From: Eledone cirrhosa
Lineage: Eukaryota
Direction of reading: 5' to 3'
Assembly (NCBI GenBank): GCA_964016885.1
Contig: OZ024760.1
Coordinates: forward strand, 23,746,001 to 23,810,000
Length of the DNA stretch: 64,000 nucleotides
Numbering within the stretch: the stretch's first letter is position 1; every line of letters starts with the position of its first letter. The position numbers and the translations under genes are program-made. Below are positions 55,809 to 64,000 of the stretch, one piece after another. The notes beneath the pieces are model-generated. The model was given only the letters and a program-made list of their open reading frames with translations, was not told where the DNA came from and searched no databases.

Positions 55809-55930
55809 TATATATATAGTTTGAATTATTTTCTCACATCTTACGTTAACTATTTTTCCATTTTGACGTTATAGTCACTTATATATTATGAAATACTGTT
55901 GGCTTCACGCTCACAATAATTTCTACTTTC

Positions 55931-55965
<35 letters not shown>

Positions 55966-55969
<4 letters not shown>

Positions 55970-56382
55970 ATTAAATAAATGGAAACTATATTTATAAAAC
56001 CATATTTATTTCATTATATATATGTCGGGGATATCATATTAACAATATGCTATGCCTTCCTCAGACAAAATACAATATAAACAGTTTTATAGATAAATAG
56101 ATTCGACATACCGTAATAAACACCGACTTGCATTTGTGTTTATTACGGTATGTCGAATCTATTTATCTATAAAACTGTTTATATTGTATTTTGTCTGAGG
56201 AAGGCATAGCATATTGTTAATATGATATCCCCGAAATATATATAATGAAATAAATATGGTTTTATAAATATAGTTTCCATTTATTTAATATTGTAAATAT
56301 ACTCCAAATATTTGTCGAGTGCTTTTATATCAGTTATAAATATTTACTAGTTGTAACCCAACAATTTTAAATATAACTTTAC
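55966..56382 (+). mobile_element. Family B fold-back with tail; HHR at 56187-56252 (+) and a mutated copy at 56007-56072 (minus)
   Basis: Arms ~55966-56123 and ~56136-56293. TATTTTGT-CTGAGGA-AGG-C-ATA-G-CATATT-GTT-AATATG-A-TAT-C-CCC-GAAA-TATATA-TA^ATGAAATA. Confidence 0.85.
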
Positions 56383-56404
56383 ATATATATATATATATAT
56401 ATAC

Positions 56405-57029
56405 ACTCCGCACGCCATCTCACAGTCTGTGGCCTACTCCAGTGCCACGGAACACCCGCCCATCGCCTTACGGTCGAACAACGCACTATCTTCATCTTAC
56501 AGACCCACACTCCCCCGGCCTGAACTCCCCACCCTTATTCCTTCAGCGTTCGACCGCCCCCCTCCCCCCACACTTATCCCCCACTAACACCACTAACACA
56601 CCCCTCCTTTTCACCGCCCACCCCACACTAACAATACTAACACCTCCACGCCACCCCTCATCTGACCACCCTTCCCCAACTAACATACTAACATCCCTTC
56701 CTCCCTCTTCTCCTCCTCCCCCTCTCCTTATCACACGCACACACGCACCCACTTACACCACCCACCCCACACGCAACTAACATCACTAACACCCTCCAAC
56801 CCCACGCACACGCACCCACACACCCTCGTACACCACCAACTCTACACACCCTACCCCACTAACCCCCACTCACACCTGCATTCCACCCTCTCCACCTCCC
56901 GTATACTAACACCCACTAACACCTCTTCACCAAACTACACACACACCAGTACACCACACTCCTCCATAGAACCACACACACCCTTCTCTCCCCGCTCCAC
57001 ACTCACTCATCCCACTAACACCCCTACTA

Positions 57030-57066
<37 letters not shown>

Positions 57067-58010
57067 CCTCACTCCAACTCTCACACCTACCCGTCCTCGG
57101 CTACTTACCATTCCGCCGACTGCTGCTATGCCCTTCCCACCACCTCTCAGCACCAACTGACCACAGCACTCCCACTGCTGACCACTTCCTGTTGCGCGCG
57201 CACCCCACATCTCTCCTCTTCCGACCACCGCTTCTTGGATTACCCACACGCGATATTGACTTCTAAACAAAATCTCCAAACATCGGTGTAACTTACCAAC
57301 TTTTCAACCATCCTCTTACACCATCACCTATATAACTCACCCACACACACACCCCAACAAAAAATTTTTTTTATCCACACGCCACCCACACCCACAACAC
57401 GCTTAAACCACACACGTGCTTCCCACCACATATTTACACCCTCAGCCTCCTGATTCCTCTCCCCCACCCCCCTATCCACACACACACAGACACTCCGACC
57501 CACAAAAACACCCCCCACACACACCTTCCTGAACATGCAACCCCGTTCTTCCCCCAACCGTCACTTTCACATACACACACACACACACACACCACCTTCA
57601 GCCCTCCCCGCTCGGACACCCCGTCTCCCTCTCCCCACTCCACCCGCCACCACCCCTACTCACCCCACACCCTTCCACCACCTGTTTACCCCCCTTTTAA
57701 TTTCAGTTTATTTTGATCATACCTTTATTTTTAAATTTCTCTTTCCTTGTATTTTGATCATGCTTTATTTTTATTTATTATATTTTTTGTCTTTATTTGT
57801 TAATTTTTCATTCGCACCGTTTCCTTTCGCTATATGTCTCTCCACCACTCCCCTACACACCTTTTGAACTCTGTTCCCCCACACTTCTCACCTGAAGAAG
57901 GGCTTATACCCGAAACGTCGTCCCCCACCTACCCCCACTCTCCTGAGCGTGAATTTAATAAACATTTATCGTACTGCCTCTCTGTTCTGTCCCTGTTCAA
58001 TTTTTCATTA
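56405..58010 (+). mobile_element. 3' portion of a Neptune-type PLE: end of GIY-YIG domain, long C-rich 3' UTR, HHR and polyA signal
   Basis: 56416-56525 translates as HLTVCGLLQCHGTPAHRLTVEQRTIFILQTHTP/PGLN with a 1-nt frameshift, matching the R..EQ..IF.L.T..P.GLN end of PLE endonucleases. AATAAA at 57957; bounded by (TA)n. Confidence 0.72.
57890..57921 (+). ncRNA. Minimal PLE-type hammerhead
   Basis: AC-CTGAAGA-A-GGG-CTTATA-CCC-GAAA-CG-TC^GT; stem I is only 2 bp in this copy. Confidence 0.65.
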
Positions 58011-58304
58011 TATATATATATATATATCACATCACACTCTGCTTTACAGCCATTGTTGTCTGTGCGTCATATGTGAGAATATGTTGCAGTATTCAATTAT
58101 AATATAAGGACTTCAATGGATAATACACACACAGATACACACACACATAGACCTTTAGATAAATATATATATAGAGATAGATAGATATATAGATAGCTAA
58201 ATATATACCTAGAGAAGCAGATAAATAGCTATATATTTGTATAAATAGCTATATGTTTATATGCATATATATATATATATATATATATAAACCCATATTT
58301 GAAT

Positions 58305-58340
<36 letters not shown>

Positions 58341-58409
58341 ATATTTGAATCCATATATATATATATATATATATATAAATGTGTGTCTGTGTGTATATAT
58401 ATATATGTG

Positions 58410-58443
<34 letters not shown>

Positions 58444-58857
58444 CATCTAAACCCTTATTTGAATGTATATATATATATATATATGTATATTTAAATATGT
58501 ATATATATAAATATATATATACATATATATGTTTATATATACATATATATGTTTATATATACATATATATGTTTATATATACATATATATACATATATAC
58601 ACATATATATATATAAACATATATATGTATACACATATATATATATAAACATATATATATATATATAAACATATATATATATATATATAAACATATATAT
58701 ATATATATATAAACATATATACACATATATATATATAAACATATATATGTATATATATATAAACATATATATAAACATATATATATATATATATATAAAC
58801 ATATATATAAATATATATATAAACATATATATAAACATATATATGTATATATATATA

Positions 58858-58894
<37 letters not shown>

Positions 58895-59557
58895 ATATAT
58901 ATATATATAAACATATATATATATACATATATAAACATATATATATAAACATATATATATACATATATATATATACATATATAAACATATATATATAAAC
59001 ATATATATATATAAACATATATATATATAAACATATATATAAACATATATATATAAACATATACATATATATAAACATATATATATATAAACAAATACAT
59101 ATATATAAACATATATAAACACATATATATATATATAATATATATATATATACACACACACACAAATACAAACGTAATTAAAATGAGATATCTTGCGTAA
59201 ATGCAATGGAAATTCACTTAATTAAGATCTGGCAAATGGCCGAAAATTACTTGACCTAAGCGACCTCTGTTTGCCTTTCAATGTCCTAAGAGGTGAACGT
59301 GAAGTCAAGTTGTTACGCTGGAAGCTAATAATCACAGCTGACTGAACCGTCATATCCGTTATATATTTTAATCATATTTGTCAACGAAAGCGACAATTGA
59401 CCGAAGCTATCCCGAGTGTGTGTCGGTGTGTGTGTGTACATATATATATATATATATGTGTGTGTCTGTGTGTATATATATATGTGTGTGTGTGTGTATA
59501 TATATATGTGTCTGTGTGTGTATATATATATGTGTCTGTGTGTATATTTATATATGT

Positions 59558-59609
<52 letters not shown>

Positions 59610-59632
59610 ATATATATATATATGTGTGTGTG

Positions 59633-59664
<32 letters not shown>

Positions 59665-59742
59665 TATGTGTTTGTATATATATATATATATGTGTGTGTC
59701 TGTGTGTATATATATATATGTGTGTGTGTGTGTATATATATA

Positions 59743-59786
<44 letters not shown>

Positions 59787-60062
59787 CATATATATATGTG
59801 TGTTTGTGTGTATATATATATGTGTGTGTATATATATGTGTGTGTGTATATATGTATATGTGTTTGTATATATATGTGTGTGTGTATATATGTATATGTG
59901 TTTGTATATATATGTGTGTGTGTATATATGTATATGTGTTTGTATATATATATATGTGTGTGTGTGTTTATATATATATGTGTTTGTATATATATATATG
60001 TGTGTGTGTGTTTATATATATATGTGTGTGTATATATATATATATATGTGTGTGTATATATA

Positions 60063-60097
<35 letters not shown>

Positions 60098-60166
60098 GTG
60101 TATATATATATATATATGTGTATATATATATATATATATATGTGTATATATATATATATATGTGTG

Positions 60167-60200
<34 letters not shown>

Positions 60201-60269
60201 TATATTAGTTAAAGATAAACTTATAAACTAGCTATTTTTATATATTTAAATGTATATAAACACACATAA

Positions 60270-60314
<45 letters not shown>

Positions 60315-60484
60315 CGTGTCTGTGTGTGTGCGCGTTTATATATGTGTGTATGCGTGTGGGTGTGTATATGCGTGTGGGTGTGTGTGTGTGTGTGTGGTGA
60401 AAGGTTCGGCTGATTAAAAGCTTTCAGCGTATATTTAAGAATTGATGAGACACATTAAGACTTTAGAATAAGAGGGACTGAAAA

Positions 60485-60980
60485 GTGGTTGGTGGTGGTG
60501 GTGGTGGTGGTGGTGTTGATGGTGGTGTGATGGTGGTGATGATGGTAGTGTTGGTGATGGTGGTGCTGGTGGTGATGGTGTTGGTATTGGTGGTGGTGAT
60601 GGTGTGGTGGAGGTTTTGGTGGTGGTGTTGGTGGTGGTAGTGTTGGTGGTAGTGGTCGGTGTTGGTGGTGGTTTTGGTGGTGGCGTTGATGGTGGTGGTG
60701 GTAGGGGGGGTGCTGTTGGTGGTGGTGGTGGTGGTTGTAGTGGTGGTGTTGGTGTAGGTGGTGGTGCTGTTGGTGGTGGTGGTGGTGGTAGTGGTGGTGT
60801 TGTTGGTGGTGGTAATGGTGGTGGTGGTGATGGTGGTATTGGTGGTGGTGGTGGTGTGGTGGAGGTGATGGTGGTGGTGGTGGTGGTTGTGTGGTGGAGG
60901 TTTTGGTCACGTAGGAGGGGGGGGGGGGGGGGGGGTAGTGGTGGTGTTGATGGTGTTGGAGCTGGTGGTGCTGGTGACGT
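60485..60980. repeat. (GGT)n low-complexity tract
   Basis: Trinucleotide repeats. Confidence 0.9.
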
Positions 60981-61034
60981 CAAAGCTGTTCTTCATCATC
61001 ATCATCAACATCATCATGGTTACAATAATAATAT

Positions 61035-61480
61035 TGGGGTTTCTGACATAGGCACAAGGTCAACAATTTTGTTGGAGGGGAAAGTTGATTAAATGAACCA
61101 CAGTACATTACTGCTACTATATTTATTGCACCCCGTAAGGATTAAATGCAAAGCTTCTTCGACAGCATTTCAAATCAGAACATAAAGGGCCGTAACTCTT
61201 TCCCACGAAGCATGTTGTCCGGCGCTCTACCGATTCTGCCAATCTGCTGCCCCTTAATGGGGTTTTTCAGATTTACACAGAAAGCCCACAATTTGGTGGG
61301 CGGGAAAAGTTTATTTATCGACTGACCTCAGTACTTAACTGCTACGTTTATTTTATCAACCCTGGGATGATAAAAGGCAAAGTTGACCTCGGCTCTATTT
61401 GAACTCAGAACAAAGAAAGTCGTAGCTGAATACCACAAAGCAGATTATCCGATGCTCTACCGGTTCTGACAATCCACAGC
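61035..61480 (-). mobile_element. Two diverged SINE copies in tandem
   Basis: GGCACAAGG..CCCCGTAAGGAT..CTCTACCGATTCTGCCAAT, followed by a second related copy. Confidence 0.75.
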
Positions 61481-61502
61481 TCTTAAAACTTTATCTGATA
61501 AA

Positions 61503-61712
61503 TTAACCTTTTAGCATTTAAACCAGTTGTATCCGGTTTCTGTTCAAACCGGCTGTAACCGGTCGTTTATACTGATGTTAAGGCATTGTTCTCAAAATAA
61601 ATAATATCAAAATCTCATAGATTCGATATTATGTTAGATATTGTGTGAGGTAAAACCTTTACCATGATTATATAACAATAAATATAGAGTAATGTAAATG
61701 ATAAAGGGTTAA
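61503..61712. mobile_element. TTAA-flanked MITE (piggyBac-like ends)
   Basis: TTAA-CCTTTTAGCATTTA ... TAAATGATAAAGGG-TTAA; 14 bp TIR with 2 mismatches. Confidence 0.7.
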
Positions 61713-61772
61713 AGCAAAGTTCTGGCTCAGCTAATCATATATATTATAGAGTGGTCGTGGTGGTTTTTCAAT

Positions 61773-62374
61773 AATCGGTAGAGCGTCGGACAAAATGCTT
61801 TGCGGCATATAGTTAAGGAATTCAAATCCCTCAGAGGTGAACTTTCTCTTTCGTCCTTACGGGGCTGATAAATTACAGTACCAGAAACTCAGTGGGGTCG
61901 ATTTAATCGTTTTCACCACCCCAAAAATAGTTGGCATTCTTCCTAAATCAGAAATCATTATTATTATCTATCGTGGGACAGTGGATTGCCAGAATCGGTA
62001 GAGCGTCAGACAACATGTTTCACGGCATAGAGTTAAGGCCCTTTAAGTCCAACTTTGCCTTTCATCCTTGTGGGGTCGATACATTTAATACCAGTAATAA
62101 CTTGGAGCCGATTTAATAGACTTTCCCTTTCTACCAAATTGCTGGCCTTGTGCCTATAGTAGAAATCAGTTTGGCAGTATGAGTAGAGCGTCCGATGCCA
62201 TGCTTTGCAGCATAGAGTTACGGCCTTTTATGTTCTCAGTTCAAATCCGGAGAGGTTAACTTTACCTTTCATCATTACGGGATCGATCAAATAAAGTACC
62301 AGTCACGCGCACGGGTCAATTTAATCGACTTTTCCCTCCCCCAAAATTGCTGGCCTTCTGCCCATATAAGAAAC

Positions 62375-62407
<33 letters not shown>

Positions 62408-62812
62408 AAGGGCGGTGGATTGGCAGTATCGGTAGAGGGTCGGACGCCATGCTTTGACGCATAGAGTTATGGCCCTTGCCATTCTGAGTTCAAATCCCGC
62501 AGAGGTTAACTTTGCCTTTCATCCTTACGGGGTCGATAAAATAAAGTACCAGTAATGTACTGGGGTAATAACTGGCCTTGTGCCAAAAGTAGAAACAATT
62601 ATTATTATCATTATTATTATTATGGTTTGGCAGTATCGGTAGAGGGTCGCCATGCTTTCCAGCATAGAGTTACGGCCCTTTATGATCTGAGTCCAAATCC
62701 CGCTAAGGTTGACTTTGCCTTTCATTCTTACGGGGTCGATAAAATAAAGTACCAGTAATGCACTGGGTAATTGCTGGCCTTGTGCCTAAAGTAGAAACAA
62801 TTATTATTATTA
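61773..62812 (+). mobile_element. Five head-to-tail SINE copies of different divergence
   Basis: Heads at ~61773, 61985, 62171, 62411 and 62627. A-box TGGCAGTATCGG at 62421, B-box GAGTTCAAATCCC at 62487, (ATT)n tails. Confidence 0.85.
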
Positions 62813-63598
62813 TCTATCGTCTGCGTCTCTTTTTACTTTCTTTTTCGTACATGTGGCCATGGATGGGTATTCCAGAAGTGTGGCAGTGTGTCAGTCGGTC
62901 TCTTCCACACACACACACTCTCTCTCTCTTTATTTATATCTCTTTATCTATATCTCGTTCACTCTCTACCTAACTTTCTCTCTCGATCTTTCTCGTTTCG
63001 CCCCTCTCTCTCACTCTCTGTCTATCTATCTTTATCTCTCTTTAACTTTCTCTCTCGATCTTTCTCTCAATCTTTCCCCTCTTTCTTCTTCTCTATCTCT
63101 CTCTCTCTCTACCACTCACTTTCTCTGTCTCTCTCTATATATATATAGTTATCTCTTTCAATCTCTCTCTCTCTCTCATTTCTTTCTCTATCCTTCTCTT
63201 ACTTTCTCTTTATATATCTATCTCTGTCTCTCTCTAATTTTCTCTCTCGATCTTTCTCGTTGCCCCCCCCCCTCTCTCTCTATCTCTCTCTCTCTACATC
63301 TGTAGACAACAAGAACGCATTCATGCCTGTCAGAAGCAACGAAGCAACGAAATAATAACTACAACAACAAAAATAAAATAATAAAAATATAACGAAAAAT
63401 AACCTAGTGAAATAAAGAAGAAGAATAAGAAGAAGAAAAAGAAAAAGAGAAAAAGAGAAAAAGAGAAAAAGAAAAAGAAGGGAAGTGCGACCGTAACACC
63501 ACCAGCACCGTCACCAAGACCGCCTCTACTACCACCAGCAACAGTACTAACACCACCACCACAATCACCACCACCAACAACAACAACGACAACGATAG

Positions 63599-63633
<35 letters not shown>

Positions 63634-63956
63634 GCAACAACAGATGAAAACCCAGAAATAGGAACTGAACGGCAATCAGAAGGGTAATTCTAGAAATGCC
63701 AGCTACACATGTTTGAAGACAATACTCGCTGTAGCGTTTACCATATTCTTTTTTTTTCTTCTGGGTGAATGAAGATCTCATTAGAAAGATTTTGGTTTAA
63801 GAAAGTAAGAATATAATTAGTCTAAGAATAATTTTTTTTCTGGAAAATTTCCCAAAATGTGTTGTCTGTCTGTGTTATTGATTTAGTTTGGTGATTGGGT
63901 TATTGGGCGATTATTGAGCACTATGTATGTATGTCCTATATGTAAGTATATATGTA

Positions 63957-64000
<44 letters not shown>

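Noticed and set aside
62411-62500. tRNA gene
   Set aside because: A/B boxes are present but there is no cloverleaf; it is a SINE head.

Overview
AT-rich, microsatellite-saturated eukaryotic DNA with no supportable host protein-coding gene; almost all ORF-track entries are translations of simple repeats. The SINE family and repeat landscape suggest an octopod cephalopod (inference). The islands between (TA)n tracts are mostly retroelement pieces: tRNA-derived SINEs, R4/Dong-type, Tx1/L1-type and RTE LINE fragments, two Neptune-type Penelope-like element (PLE) GIY-YIG remnants and one TTAA MITE. The main hidden structure is a dense set of small non-coding, (TA)n-embedded, often fold-back elements from more than ten sequence families that carry type I hammerhead ribozyme (HHR) motifs. 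I count about 35 motifs by eye, including degenerate ones. Highlights: (i) a 502-504 bp tandem array with one intact HHR per unit, resembling a retrozyme that could yield circular RNA; (ii) a second 536 bp unit of the same design; (iii) a family with a full-length HHR whose core is the rare U3-A8 covariant; (iv) family-specific palindromic stem III sequences that imply dimer-dependent cleavage. All folds were assigned by eye; none was computed or tested.
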